Shown here: one piece after another, positions 1 to 13,519 of the stretch
Numbering within the stretch: position 1 is the stretch's first letter
Layout: every line of letters begins with the position of its first letter
Source: Octopus vulgaris
Taxonomy: Eukaryota
Length of the DNA stretch: 64,000 bases
Assembly: GCA_951406725.2 (NCBI GenBank)
Contig: OX597817.1
Location: 15,438,001 to 15,502,000, forward strand
Direction: 5' to 3'
Made by a program: the position numbers and the translations under genes
Notes under the pieces: model-generated
What the model was told of the DNA's origin: nothing
The model's input: the letters and a program-made list of their open reading frames with translations, nothing else
Database searches by the model: none

Positions 1-268
1 GACCAGTAACCACGTGAAACTGCAACTAGTAGGAGACTGTGACAACAGCTAGTACTCCATCGATCCCAATGGTTTTACAGCTGCTGGACAGCATTTGACC
101 TTACAAAGTTCATCCGCCGTTTGGCCGATTTTGTTTCTCAGCCTGCAGAGTGTCCAACTACAACCCTTACAAGGCAGGTTTGGTAGGGTTGCCGGTTTGG
201 GCGCCGACGGCCCAACCTTGTGACAGGTCGTACTGGGGTACATGCTACCAGTCGCACTAAGAGTGACA
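1..268 (-). mobile_element. Structured 5' end of a non-autonomous retroelement related to 20681-21275 (runs off window)
   Basis: Minus strand GTCACTCTTAGTGCGACTGGTAGCATGTACCCC...GGGCCGTCGGCGCCCAAACCGGCAACCC aligns with GTCACTTTCGAGTGCTACTGGTAACATGTAACCC...GGGCCGTCGGCGACTAAACCGGCAACCC at 20683. Confidence 0.6.
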
Positions 269-285
269 TGACATACATGCATACG

Positions 286-497
286 TATGTATGTATGTAT
301 GTATGTATGTATGTATGTATGTATGTATGTATGTATGTATGTATGTATGTATGTATGTATGTATGTATCTATGTATGCATGTATGTATGTATGTATGTAT
401 GTATGTATGTATGTATCTATCTATCTATCTATCTATCTATCTCTATCTCTGTCTCTGTCTCTATCTGTCTCTCTCTCTGTCTCTCTGTCTCTCTCTG

Positions 498-578
<81 letters not shown>
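286..578. repeat. Compound microsatellite (TATG)n-(TCTA)n-(TC)n-(TA)n
   Basis: Direct reading. Confidence 0.97.
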
Positions 579-581
<3 letters not shown>

Positions 582-1199
582 GTATGTATTATGTTTATTT
601 AAACTTAGGAGACACTCGGCTTTCATTTGTCACTGTATATAATTTATTTACAACACGCTATAATGGTCTGCGGGTAATGGCTAAATTGCCGGAACTCTTT
701 GATTGTTTTCTTTCTTCTATTTGAAAGGAGGAATATTTCCCGAAATATCATAGGGTCATTAAACAACCTGAGTGTGATACAACAATATTTTCATTTATTG
801 ACATGACCTTAGATATTTTGCATAACATCATTCCTGCTTTGCAGAAAGACTTTTGAAACATGTATATCATTTACGCACTTTGCAATACTTCACGCAAAAA
901 TTACAATATTCTTTTATATATTTTATGATTTTAGGAATGCGTCCACTGACTTGACGCTGTAAATCAAAGTCTTTTAAGAAAGCGGACGAATAATTGGACT
1001 ATAAATTCACAGTATTTGAGTTTGTAATGTATTCTGCTATCGCTACCCTTCTGTCTCTCGCTTCGTACACATATATCAAATTTATACAGATATTAAAATA
1101 ATGGCTAGCATTCGGTTTTGCGTTATCCAGCCACTGCATGACAAGCACAAAGACACACACACACAAAAAATCGCGCGCACACACACACAGCCGCACTCT

Positions 1200-1378
1200 T
1201 ACACACGCGCATGCACACATATATACGACAGGCTTCCGTACAATTTCCTTCTACTATATTTTCTCACAAGGCATTGATCGATCCAGGGCTACAACAGAAG
1301 ACGTTTTGCAAGGTGTCGCGCAGTGGGACTGAACCCCAAACTACGTGTTTATAAAGCCAGCTTCTTAACCACACACCT
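1200..1378 (-). mobile_element. Diverged partial SINE family B
   Basis: GCAAGGTGTCGCGCAGTGGGACTGAACCC matches the reverse complement of the family B head at 10045. Confidence 0.7.
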
Positions 1379-1448
1379 ATGCTTGTACAAACCCAGCTCG
1401 TGTTTGAAAGAATTTGAAAAGAATATTTGTATCTGCGTAATATATTAT

Positions 1449-1806
1449 GGAAGCACTCCGTCGGTTACGACGACGAGGGTTCCGGTTGATCCGATCAACG
1501 GAACAGCCTGCTCGTGAAACTAACGTGTAAGTGGCTGAGCACTCCACAGACACGTGCACCCTTAACGTAGTTCTCGGGGATATTCAGCGTGACACAGAGA
1601 GTGACAAGGCCGGCCCCTTGAAATACAGGTACAACAGAAACAGGAAGTAAGAGTGAGAGAAAGTTGTGGTGAAAGAGTACAGCAGGGATCACCACCTTTT
1701 AGGTGTTTTCGCTCAATAAACACTCACAACGCCCGGTCTGGGAATCGAAACTGCGATCCTATGACCGCGAGTTCGCTGCCCTAATCACTGGGCCATTGCG
1801 CCTCCA
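1449..1806 (-). mobile_element. tRNA-derived SINE family C, internal deletion near 1696
   Basis: Head GGAGGCGCAATGGCCCAGTGATTAGG (A box) and GTTTCGATTCCC (B box); near-identical to 28474-28857; TSD AATATATTA at 1439-1447 and 1808-1816. Confidence 0.92.
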
Positions 1807-2912
1807 CAATATATTACAAATATATTAATGGGCATTAAAAAAATTGTTAGTCCAAAATGCGACGTTCTTTCATCATCATTTTTAATAATCCGTTGACTTT
1901 TCAAACAGGAGTTTTGCAAAACTTAATTTTTTAGGCAAAAACTTGGTTGAACAGAAGAGGTACCAGATCTTCGGCAAGAATGCTATTCCAAATAGTTTCA
2001 TTTCACATACGGTATCTGGATCTTCGTCGGTTTCGACGATGTGCATTCAGTTGTCGATCGACTGAATACGTATTGAAATGAATTATCTGCTCATTTTAAG
2101 TATTTGTAACGGGAATTAGTTGCTTCTTGCACTTTTGGGGTGCAACTCGGGTGCATTCACAATTTCCAGATTCTACCAGTCAAAGAACTCAAACGCAACA
2201 GTAAAAATATATACTCTTTATTTTTCTTATAACAGTAAGAAATAAGGTGGTATATTTGGTTCCACTTGGTATGGATGTGGCAAGGCTGAAACTTTAACGC
2301 TTGTAAGAATCTTACAAGTTCAGAGGCAACAGAGTTGGTCAAATATGGCGTCCTTAGAGAGCGGAGAAAATACACGTCTGCTACAATTTGGTGTGGGCAG
2401 CCTTCTGCTTACTACTGTCCGTGTCTCCGGTATCCTTTGGTTAAGGTTTTACCTTCCCACGCCTCCTGTCAGCTAAATGCCACATCATCATTCCCTTCTT
2501 CCGGTCTTCGCGCATGCGCGAGAGGGTACTTACCCTCTGCCTTTCCAGAAGGCTCCAACCCCGCACACGCGAACTGAAGATGACGTTGCGCGCGCGCGCA
2601 GTGTTGGATAGCGTCACTACATATTCAACAGACATCTGTACATTTAACGTAATTCTCAGGTAAAAAGCAGTGCCTTTGAATCACCGGTGCAATCAATGTT
2701 TCCGCATATTTTCGTCTACGCGATTTCATTTACTTTGTGAGTGAAATTGAGTAAACTCGAGGTTACAGTATTTGCTTACGATATCCTTCAGTATGAAACA
2801 TGAGATTGAACACACACGGATATAAACACCAGCAGTCTGAGCTTTTGTGGTCTGTCGAAGCATTTATGAAAATCATTCACAAATACACTAACAAATATTT
2901 CAATGTGTGAGG

Positions 2913-3075
2913 GCGGCCGGCTTGCAGAATCGATAGCACGCCGGGCCAAATGCTTAGAGGCATTTCGCCCGTCTTTCAAATCTGCCGCTCTCAACCTTGC
3001 CTTTCATCCTTTCGGGGGTCGATAAATTAAGTATCAGTTGAGCACTGGGGTCAAAGTAATCGATTTACCTCCACC
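2913..3075 (+). mobile_element. Diverged SINE family A
   Basis: Central block GCCTTTCATCCTTTCGGGGGTCGATAAATTAAGTA shared with other A copies. Confidence 0.8.
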
Positions 3076-3111
3076 TTTGAGGTTGTTTGAGGTAAACCAA
3101 TATTTCAATAC

Positions 3112-3114
<3 letters not shown>

Positions 3115-3144
<30 letters not shown>

Positions 3145-3654
3145 TGTATGTATGTATGTATGTATGTATGTATGTATGTATGTATGTATGTATGTATGTA
3201 TGTATGTATGTATGTATGTATGTATGTGTATGTATGTATGTATGTATGTATGTATGTATGTATGTATGTATGTATGTATGTATGTATGTGTGTGTGTATG
3301 TATGTATGTATGTATGTATGTATGTATGTATGCATGCATGCATGCATGCATGTATGTATGTATGTATGTATGTATGTATGTATGTATGTATGTATGTATG
3401 TATGTATGTATGTATGTATGTATGTATGTATGCAATGTATGTATGTATGTATGTATGTATGCATGCATGCATGCATGTATGTATGTATGTATGTATGTAT
3501 GTATGTATGTATGTATGTATGCATGTATTTATGTATGTATGTATGTATGTATGTATGTATGTATGTATGTATGTATGTGTGTATGTGTGTATGTATGTAT
3601 GTATGTATGTATGTATGTATGTATGTATGTATGTATGTACGTACGTACGTACGT

Positions 3655-3718
<64 letters not shown>

Positions 3719-3727
3719 GTGTGTGTG
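3115..3727. repeat. (TATG)n array with TGCA/TACG variants, then (GT)n
   Basis: Direct reading. Confidence 0.97.
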
Positions 3728-4137
3728 TAATCGGATACATATTCAGTATGAAATCCGAACTTTTGCTCGCCTCATTACACAAATTTTGTAAAATATGAAG
3801 AAGGAATCACAAACAATCGTAACGACCTTAAGATTACATAAAGTTAAACTGATTTTGTTTGCTGTGGAAGCCATAAAACTCAGTATTTGCTCTTAAGTTC
3901 GACCATGTAATGGATATTACAAAGAGGTGAGAGGTGTCATTGCATGTGTGAAGAAACTGTTTTTTTTTTGTTTGTTGTTTTTTTTTATCGACCAGGCTCT
4001 CTATTACATGTTTTATTGTCAACTGGTACAAATATGGGCGTAACCTGTTCATATTGCTCTCTTGACAGTAATTCCTGCAAATGTTTGCTAAACGGATACT
4101 TGACACGGAATATTTTGATATCAGAGACCCATTAAGT

Positions 4138-4395
4138 CCACCACCACCACCATCACCACCACCAAAACCACCACCACCACCACTACCACCATCACCACCA
4201 CCACCACCACCACACCACCACCACCACCACCACCACCACCACCACCACCACCACCACCACCACCACCACCACCACCACCACCACCATCACCATCACCACC
4301 ACCACCACCACCACCACCACCACCACCACCACCACCACCACCACCACCACCACCACCACCACAACAACAACAACAACAACACCACCAACATCACC

Positions 4396-4427
<32 letters not shown>

Positions 4428-4452
4428 CACCACCACCACCACCACCACCACC

Positions 4453-4493
<41 letters not shown>

Positions 4494-4592
4494 CTCCTGT
4501 TTATTTCTCTGTTCGTCTGAAGAAGAAAAGTAGGAGGAGGAGGAGGAGGAAGAGGAGGGGAGAAGAAGAAGAAGAGGAAGAGGAAGAGGAAG
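4138..4592. repeat. (CCA)n/(CAA)n/(CTA)n triplet array followed by (GGA/GAA)n
   Basis: Direct reading; source of the poly-Pro/His/Thr pseudo-ORF. Confidence 0.95.
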
Positions 4593-5120
4593 AACGCAGA
4601 CTTAAGTGCAGTATGGCTGCCGTTATTGAATAAAGTTTTAAAATGTCTGTAATTTTTGTAAATTTGTGCTTGGGGTTTGGGTTTTGCTGTAAAGAATAAG
4701 AGTGGAAACCAAGCAGAGGTTAGCTCGAAGATGCTTTACACCAATTCTTCATTGTGTAGAAAATAGATACAGCCAGGAGTACTGAGAGTCTGGAAATACG
4801 AAATGAGTAATCTTGTAGTTATGTAACAAATGTTACATCTAGTTTTATTTCATCTATCACGTTACATAACTATCTCAAAGATATGTAATATCTGTATTAG
4901 TCTTCAGGTTTTAGAGATATTAAGAAATATGTTTTGCTCTTTGATGAGCCCTCATTCTTCAACAACTTAAAATATGCTCTCACTTTTCCTCTCTCTCTCT
5001 CACTTCATGGTATTTTGGATCGTCTACAATGTTTTAGAATATTTTGAACTAAGTTTTTGCAGCTCAGTAAAGATCAACTTACTTGTCTCTGATAGCTATT
5101 TATCTACTAATTATAATAAT

Positions 5121-5538
5121 TACCTATTTCTTTATTACCCACAAGGGGCTAAACACTAAGGGGACAAACAAGGACAGACATAGGTATTAAGTCGATTACA
5201 TCGACCCTAGTTCGTAACTGGTACTTAATTTATCGACCCCGAAAGGATGAAAGGCAAAGTCGACCTCGGCGAAATATGAACTCACAACGTAACGCAGACG
5301 AAATACCTATTTCTTTACTACCCACAAGGGGCTAAACACAGAGGGGACAAACAAGGACAGACATAGGTCTTAAGTCGATTACATCGACCCCAGTGCGTAA
5401 CTGGTACTTAATTTATCGACCCCGAAAGGATGAAAGGCAAAGTCGACCTCGGCGGAATTTGAACTCACAACGTAACGCAGACGAAATACCGCTAAGCATT
5501 TCGCCCGGCGTGCTAACGTTTCTGCCAGCTCGCCGCCT
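5121..5538 (-). mobile_element. SINE family A dimer (one headed unit plus one headless 183-bp unit)
   Basis: Head GGCGGCGAGCTGGCAGAAACGTTAGC and B box GAGTTCAAATTCC; body repeated with junction GAAATA|GGTATTTCGTC. Confidence 0.93.
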
Positions 5539-6070
5539 TAAAAAGGCAAACCAGCACCGCAGTTGTCGTTTAGCCAAAGTCAGCCCTGACCGATCAAAGA
5601 CACTCCAGCCACGATCATTGTGTATTTTTAAATATCTAAAATTACATTGTCCAATACATATTTCCTTTTTAAGATGGCAGCGTTTGATCTGAAGGAGAAT
5701 AGGCAGCTAATTCTAACAGGACCTATTAGCTCGATGAGTAGAACTTGAAAATATTTGATAATCCTCTTATAGGCGTGTCACTCATACATATTTTAATTTC
5801 CGATAAAGAATAAAGGATTAATTTTCACAACATGATACTGCGGGCAATTTCATTTTCAAAGTCCTTCGTGTGTCACCGGCTAACGTGTATGTCATAGGTT
5901 CGCGATCACTGCGTTAAGTGAAAACGACCTTAAATAAATGACCAACTCATTAAATCCTTGTATTGATTTGCTGTCAACCACTAGGGCAGATTCCAAAAAA
6001 TTCCCGTCCATTGGAAACCTATTTGACCTTTTCATCAAGGCCGGAGTAAGCTGGTTGCAGAATATGTGGA

Positions 6071-6469
6071 TGGAAGCACTCCGTCGGTTACGACGACGAG
6101 GGTTCCGGTTGATCCGAATCAACGGAACAGCCTGCTCGTGAAATTAACGTGTAAGTGGCTCAGCACTCCACAGACACGTGCACCCTTAACGTAGTTTTCG
6201 GGGATATTCAGCGTGACACAGAGAGTGACAAGGCCGGTCCTTTGAAATACAGGTACAACAGAAACAGGAAGTAAGAGTGAGAGAAGGTTGTGGTGAAAGT
6301 GTACTGCAGGGATCACCACCATCCCCTGCCGGAGCCTCGTGGAGCTTTTAGGTGTTTTCGCTTAATAAACACTCACAACGCCCGGTCTGGGAATCGAAAC
6401 CGCGATCCTATGACCGCGAGTCCTATGACCGCGAGTCCTCTGCCCTAACCACTGGGCCATTGCACCTCC
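6071..6469 (-). mobile_element. SINE family C, full length
   Basis: Matches other C copies; TSD TGCAGA(A/G)TATGT at 6056-6067 and 6470-6481; internal duplication of TCCTATGACCGCGAG. Confidence 0.93.
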
Positions 6470-8101
6470 TGCAGAGTATGTAGCATATGTTACAAACGGA
6501 AAACTTAGCTATTTTATCGAATTATAATTATTTTTATAAGATCCCGCTACATATTTGAAGGATTAATGTCTATAGATGAGCCAGTACGGGAGAGGGCTAA
6601 TCGGAAAGAAGGAAAAAGGGGTTGCAATCTTTATTGTTTTGGCTTAAATTTCGTATTTACCTGCTAGACAATGTGTTTGAAATATTTGGTTAACACTAAA
6701 GGACGACATCTGAGACGCGGTAAATTGTGGCGAATATAATTGTGTTGATCCTTCTTCTACAAAGAGCGATTACGTTTTAAGCTAAACCTAATAAATAAAA
6801 TTTAAATGTTACAGTTTAACACAAATTCGCAAGACTATAGCCTTTTTCTTTCAACAAATAAATAAGATTCACAAATTGAATGTTCTTGCCTGATACACAA
6901 ACCTAATATAATGTAAATTTGCTTTTGTGTTCTCAGATTGAGAATGCGACAGTTAATTTATTCTTGTTATTTATACTATAATTTTGCTTAACGATATGTT
7001 ATCGAGGTAGAAACTGCATACAATAAAATGTTTCTTACCTTAAATGAATAAGAAAAAATTCGATTTGATCTAAGGGAGATGTCTATCATTACAGTGCCCA
7101 GCACATATTCGTAATAATCTGATTTGGTCGCCTTATTTTATTAGAAAAATAATAACTGAGTTCAACTGTTGTATGAGAAGTCGAGTGTGTTGAAAATAGA
7201 GAAACAAAATGGTGAGTTTAATTGCAACCGACAAAGATGAAGTATTTTACCGTTGTCATTCAATTTGGCTATTGTAATTTGTTTAAAGTATTGTAATTTT
7301 TTAAAAAGTATATTGGATATCGTGTTTGTTCCGAGTATTGAATCAAACTTAAACAAGAAGTCGTCCATTAAAAACAAAATGAAGGTTATATGGCTATATG
7401 ATCAAGGACACAACCACTGAATCGGAAACTTGTCATTTGTATAAAAGTTGAAGGCAATTTAGTACTATTGTAACTAAGCATTTAGCAGGGGTCTTTGAAA
7501 TTACCTCTCGCTACTAGGTTAATCTTGTTCTTTGCTAAAGAAAATATCACGAAAAACATTTTCACACTAAATGTAACCTTGTCGTCCACCTTTTATTTTC
7601 TCTCAGTCACACAGCCATACATCCTTTTTCTCTATAACTTTATTCGAAACATCAACGGTTCCAGAACAGGCGAGTCAGCCATCGTTGATCTCCATCATAT
7701 TAATGTATAACACAGTCACATATTTTGAGGTTTCTGTCATCCGCATAACTTAGTCCGTGGCTTCTAGTTCTAGGTTCACCTACGTTGTTAGTAAGTGATG
7801 AAAAGTGACATGTATAATTACCGTGGCCGGTAATAAAGTCACAGGGAAAAAGTCACAATTTTAGCTAGGAAACAAAGTCACAGGAAAAGTCACAATCAAT
7901 TTATGATGATTGGTAATAAAAGCATATATTTATATATGATGGTATTATATGTATGCGAAAAAAAAATCACGTTTTGTTCATATCTTAAGCACAGTAAGGT
8001 AATCAAACAAAAATATTGAAATCAGTCATTTATCGACAGTACATGACATGTACAGATTGAAAACAGCTTACATAATATCGAGGCATTACGATAAAAAAAA
8101 A

Positions 8102-8400
8102 CGTCGCCCTTTTCAAGCGTAGCCAGGCGCATGGGTCCGGTTTCTCGGTTTCTGTGGCGTATGTGTTCCCCTCAGCTGGACGGGATGCCAGTCCATCGCA
8201 GCGTTACTTAAGAAACAGGAAGAGAGAGTGAGAGAAAGTTGGGATGAAAGAGTACAACAGGGGTCGCCCCCCCCCCCCTGCCGGAACCTCGTGGAGCTTT
8301 TAGGTGTTTTCGCTCAATAAACACACACAACGTCCGGTCTGGGAATCGAAACCGCGATTCTCCGACCGTGAGTCAGCTGCCCTAACCACTGGGCCATTGC
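8102..8400 (-). mobile_element. SINE family C variant with alternative tail, inserted inside the MULE
   Basis: Family C head and body up to CTTCCTGTTTCT, then GCGATGGACTGGCATCCCGTCCAGCTG tail instead of the standard tail. Confidence 0.85.
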
Positions 8401-8439
8401 GATTGAGGTATTACAAGTATATTCAATGTTTTTAATGCT

Positions 8440-9540
8440 GATGATTAAGACGAATATTCCCACCGACGCCACTAAGAAGCTCTGCCACAGTCTTGTGATC
8501 CTCCCGTCGAGCAACACACAAGTTGCGAAGGCATTCATGTAGCTGCACATAGCGTCAGCGAACTCTTTTCGAGAGGTTATCTGCTGGATACTGGTGCTCA
8601 CTGTCGCTTCTTCACGTTGAAACCATTCAATGACACGCCAGAGTGAAGGATGGTAGTGACCAACGAGGTTGAAAAATTTATTATTCCATCCTTCGCAGAC
8701 GTTATTGGTACGGGTGTTGTTGTTCATGGTGGCGTCATACACATTCCACAGGTGAGGGGCAAACATAGGTGGAATGTGACGCATTCTCAGAGGCATTAAG
8801 GCACCACTGGGCATGGCAACTGGCTGCTGAACCAGTCGAAAAGAGCCACTAACATAAGTACAATCGAAGTACATGAGCTACTGCTCGGCTTCAGGTGGAT
8901 CTTGTGGAATGATAGTTTTGAGATATCTTATACCTTCAGTAAGGTCTTCTAGGAGCAAAAAAGCTAGAGCATCAATCATGCCACAAAACAAACGAAACTC
9001 AGAATTGATATTATACTGTGTTCCCAAACCCAGTTCTTGCATCTTACGCCAAGTGGACTGCGTAAGATGACTGAAACAAGCATTGCGCTCTACGTCGCGG
9101 CCAAACACTGCAAGAACAGCTCTCAGTACACCATCTTCAAAATCAGTCACCACGACTTGCACATTACTAGAATAGCTTAGGTCTGCACACTTATCAACTA
9201 TAGCCTGAAAGAGTTCATCGTAGGTGGCACGAGTCTTGTTTGGAAGAAGAGCGTACACTGAAGCAACAGCTGTGTCACCGAAAGGGACACGGATGTCGTA
9301 GATCTGTTTGAAAATATCTGGAACCATATCAAAGTTGCCATCCATATACAGAGTATCAGCACCAGCAAGGAGTCTGGGGCTATCACTGGTACCGAACACT
9401 AGAATGCGGTTGTTTGCATTTGGTCCGTTATCACAGAGTAAAAACTTCTCGGGATTAGAGCCAACTGTCATAGTATAGTCAGGAGGAAGTTCATCTAGAT
9501 CTTTTAGCAAACGTAGTACAAGAGGAGTAGGCCGTTGGTT
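8440..9540 (-). pseudogene. MULE transposase pseudogene (DDE domain and C-terminus)
   Basis: ORF 8878-9510 has DGNF, YALLPNKT, TDFE, CFSHLTQS; ORF 8314-8874 has RTNNVCEGWNNKF; broken by stop/frameshifts, N-terminus absent. Confidence 0.9.
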
Positions 9541-10044
9541 GTGCAGATTTCGTAACTCATCAATTTACCATCAGTTCTGCATATTCCTTTACAGAGACTG
9601 ATTGACATATTAACCTTTAAAAAAGCAAGAATTCGACAATTAACCTTTCTATTACAGAAAGACGCAAGATCAGGGCTAACGTTGTCCTGTTTTTTTCTCC
9701 TGTTTCTTTTTTTTTCCTGTGATCTTTTTCCTGTTTCTTTTTTTCTTGTAACATTTTTTCCTGTGACTATTTTTCCGTGGCTTTTCTTTACCTGAATTCA
9801 TAATTACACCACTAGACTATTTTGAGCATATCTATTATGAGGCGTGTGCACTGCATCGAAACTATTTATAACAAGAGCCCTGGAAATGTTTGAACTTGAA
9901 AACCAAACGTATCTGTGATAATGCAGATAAATAGCTTTGTTGTGATCAGCAAAGACGTAATTCAATTATTCCTTGAGGGTTGTCTCATCCCTATCACCTG
10001 TATACCATCTTTTCATTCCCTCTATGAATGTTTCCAAACAGTGA

Positions 10045-10469
10045 GGCGCAGGAGTGGCTGTGTGGTAAGTAGCTTGCTAACCAACCACATGGTTCCGGGT
10101 TCAGTCCCACTGCGTGGCACCTTGGGCAAGTGTCTTCTACTATAGCGTCGGGCCGACCAAAGCCTTGTGAGTGGATTTCGTAGACGGAAACTGAAAGAAG
10201 CCCGTCGTATATATGTATATATATATATATATATATATGCGTGTGTGTGATTGTGTGTCTGTGTTTGTCCCCCTTGCATTGCTTGACAACCGATGCTGGT
10301 GTGTTTATGTCCCCGTTACTTAGCGGTTCGGCAAAAGAGACAGATAGAATAAGTACTAGGCTTACAAAAGAATAAGTCCCGGGGTCGATTTTCTCGATTA
10401 AAGGCGGTGCTCCAGCATGGCCGCAGTCAAATGACTGAAACAAGTAAAAGAGTAAAAGAGTAAAGAGAG
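10045..10469 (+). mobile_element. tRNA-derived SINE family B, full length
   Basis: A box TGGCTGTGTGG, B box GGTTCAGTCCC, CORE-like ACCTTGGGCAAGT, internal (TA)n/(TG)n, 3' stem-loop CAGTC-AAAT-GACTG and (AGTAAAAG)n tail. Confidence 0.93.
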
Positions 10470-11339
10470 TGATTCTACTTTGTATATTTTGCGCCGTTTC
10501 AATATTTTGGTGTGAAATTTTCTCCTGTGATTAAGTAACAATATTCCTTTGTATATGCTACAGTTATTTGTATTTCATTATTTCATCTATATTGATGATT
10601 GCACGTTGCCAGTTCTCTAGAGCTGTTGTATTCAGTCTATATCTGCTTAAATATAGATGTTAATCATTCAACTACTGTGTTCTACAATGCCAAAAATGAT
10701 TTTATCGATATATATATATATTATTCCAGCTACTTTATTTCTCAAATAAGACTTTAGTTCAAGTCCATCTTTAGGCCCTGGAGAATAATCGTGTAAAAAT
10801 GAAAAGTTAAATTCATCAATATCTTCACATTAATGTTAGTCAAACTTGAACTCTCACAAAATACTTCAAGAGCGAAATTTAACACATGCTATATATATTG
10901 TCTAAAACTCGATACCCTAAAATCACGATACGATATGACTCAGAACAAAAATAACTAAAAGATGGTTTATATATTTTCAGAAATGGATGTGTACAACGTC
11001 AAAAGATCAAATATCCATCAAATTGGCAAGAAAAAAAAAAGGGACGATGTAAGCTAGAAAATACAAAAGTGTACTCCTTTCTAGATATTTATATTTTCAA
11101 AAGACATCTTTTCTCTGCAATGTCTACAAGCATGAGCGATTGATGAGATGAAGAGATAATATTTGGGAGTATTTCCTGGTATATATGAAATCGGAAATTG
11201 GAAAACGTGAAGCAGAAGTACAAGAAACATTGTTGAGATTGCTAGAAAAATTATTTAAAAAAATATCAAATATAGAATAGCAAAAAAAAGTAAAATAAAA
11301 ATAAAATAAAATAAAATAAATCCTAAATATCAAAGCCAA

Positions 11340-11621
11340 AAAATGTCATAGGTCCCACCCTACTAGATGAAGCAGAAATGTGGGCGTTAAATGGATTATC
11401 AATTAAATTAGAAGCCTTTGAGGTGTTGGCATATAGAAAACTTTTAATTATATGAAAGACAGAATACAAAACCAATGAAGTTTTAAGAATAATTAAATTG
11501 GAGAAAATTTTATTTGCCACTATTAAAGAGAGAAAACAAAATATTTCGGACACTTAATTAGAAAAAAAAAGTCTATAGAGACTATACAGACAGGTAGATG
11601 GATGGATAGATAGATAGAAAT

Positions 11622-11701
<80 letters not shown>

Positions 11702-11900
11702 CAGAGAAGGTAAAATGCATGGAAAAAGAAGAGAGGAAGAGGAAAGCCAAGAATCACTTAGATCAAGTAGTGGTAATATAAAGAATTGGAAAGATTTAAA
11801 ATATAGTAAGTAGGTGTATAAGGACAACATGAGAAAGCCCAAGATGGCGATTCATGATATTCAACTTAAAGAGAGCAGACGATACGCGAGGATGATGATA
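11340..11900 (+). pseudogene. Degenerate RTE-like LINE ORF2 C-terminus interrupted by (GATA)n
   Basis: Reads AEMWAL..KLEAFEVLAYRKLL and IKERKQKYFGHLIR, then EGKMHGKRR after the microsatellite. Confidence 0.7.
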
Positions 11901-12443
11901 ATTTCCGGATAATTATTCTGTATGTCATTTGTTAGTTTTTTTTCTTTCTTTTGGGTGGTGGTGAATTCAAGTTCTTTAGTTATTTCGAATGGTTTCTTTC
12001 AAATGAATTAAAATTTCACATCTGCAGTTATTGGGTTGTCAGATAAATTCGTTCGCTCCACTCCAATCCTTTGTAATGTTATTTGAATTAACACGAAAAA
12101 TATTTTTATCGTTTTTTTTTTTTTCTTTAGCTCAATTCATCCTCTATAACTTTCGTTTATCAATTTTGAAATTTAAAATATTTTACCTCTTTTCTAGCAT
12201 ATGACTACAGAGTGGCAAGTACAAAATAACGACCCCAATATTTGAGAAAATATCCTTGGATTACTATTTAGTTATATCTTTCATTTGTATCCCACTCTAT
12301 ATTGTTTCTGTTCCTTCTCTGAACGGGACTTAATTTTGTTACAAAACGGGTCATCTGCGCAGATACAATTTCCGTTGATGTAGCATATAAGAAAGAGGTG
12401 AAATATCATCTTCGAAGATGAAAGACGAACAATGAATGCGAGA

Positions 12444-12444
<1 letters not shown>

Positions 12445-12524
<80 letters not shown>

Positions 12525-12537
12525 CATCTATTTATCC

Positions 12538-12597
<60 letters not shown>

Positions 12598-12630
12598 GTC
12601 TGTCTGTCTGTCTGCCTGTCTGTCTGTCTG
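12445..12630. repeat. (TCTA)n/(TCTG)n microsatellite
   Basis: Direct reading. Confidence 0.95.
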
Positions 12631-12716
12631 CCAGTCTTTGTTTAGTTATTAGACTGCGGTCATGCTGGGGCAAGTCTTTTAGCTTAGTCGAACAAGTCTA
12701 GTACTCATTCTATCGG

Positions 12717-12773
<57 letters not shown>

Positions 12774-12774
<1 letters not shown>

Positions 12775-13316
12775 GAGCAAAACGCCCCCCGTCCAATGGA
12801 CGGTGCTGAATCATATCTGCTGAATAAAAAGCAATCAATGTTTTCTTTTCATTAAAAAATAATTAAGCATGTCTTTATTTCAATAAAGTTTTTGGTTTTG
12901 TTAACCGAAGTTAAGGGAAAATAACAAACTTCTTGAGAAACCAAATAGTCTTTCCTTCCTTCATGCCAAGTTTGAAGAAAATATCTCTTTTGCATCTTAC
13001 TTTTTTGGTCTCTTAAATATACTGCATTTTGTGGCATTATTTCAAGCCAGTCGGCTTTTTTTGCGCAAACTGCACGTGCATTCTTCTCGCGTACGCGTAG
13101 TATCGATCGCAACAGCTGATGTACTTGCGCGTACATATGCACGTTCCCACGGCTTTATCGATTGCATTCTCACCTGGAATAGAGATTTGTAATTTTTTCA
13201 AGTTTTATACACGCCCTCATACCGTCGGTATCTGCATATCAAATTTGAGCGCAATCGGATGGAGGATGCCCGAGATCCTAGAAGACACACAGACAGAACG
13301 GATTTTATATAATAGA
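12774..13316 (-). mobile_element. Non-autonomous Helitron inserted in a (TA)n array
   Basis: Minus-strand 5' A|TCTATTATATAAAATCCG; 3' hairpin CCGTCCA-T-TGGACGG about 10 nt before a variant CTCG|T end; no TSD. Confidence 0.75.
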
Positions 13317-13370
13317 TATATATATATATATATAATATATGTGTGTGTATATATATATAGTATATATATG

Positions 13371-13435
<65 letters not shown>

Positions 13436-13457
13436 GTGTGTATGTGTGTAAGTGTGT

Positions 13458-13497
<40 letters not shown>

Positions 13498-13519
13498 TCC
13501 AATGCTGGTGTTTGTTCAC

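Larger units (their letters stand above)
7822..9799 (-). mobile_element. Mutator-like (MULE) DNA transposon, internally deleted, termini built from tandem motifs
   Basis: Direct repeat ATAATTAC at 7814-7821 and 9800-9807; left end has repeated AAAGTCACA(GG), right end has inverted repeated CCTGTGAC/CCTGTTTC; contains a transposase pseudogene. Confidence 0.85.

Noticed and set aside
2480-2605. CpG-rich patch with CGCGCATGCGCG as a promoter
   Set aside because: Single motif next to probable LTR-element debris and no other support.
220-4533. Long ORFs such as MYVC-repeat, HTYI-repeat and poly-Pro/His/Thr proteins (also near 21277, 39131, 55895 and 62387)
   Set aside because: They are translations of stop-free microsatellites, open in several frames and on both strands.
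5393-5692. Recurring short ORFs MRNWYLIYRPRKDERQS..., MVVIPAVLFHHN..., MSSNARGTNTD...
   Set aside because: They recur only because they are readings of SINE families A, C and B.
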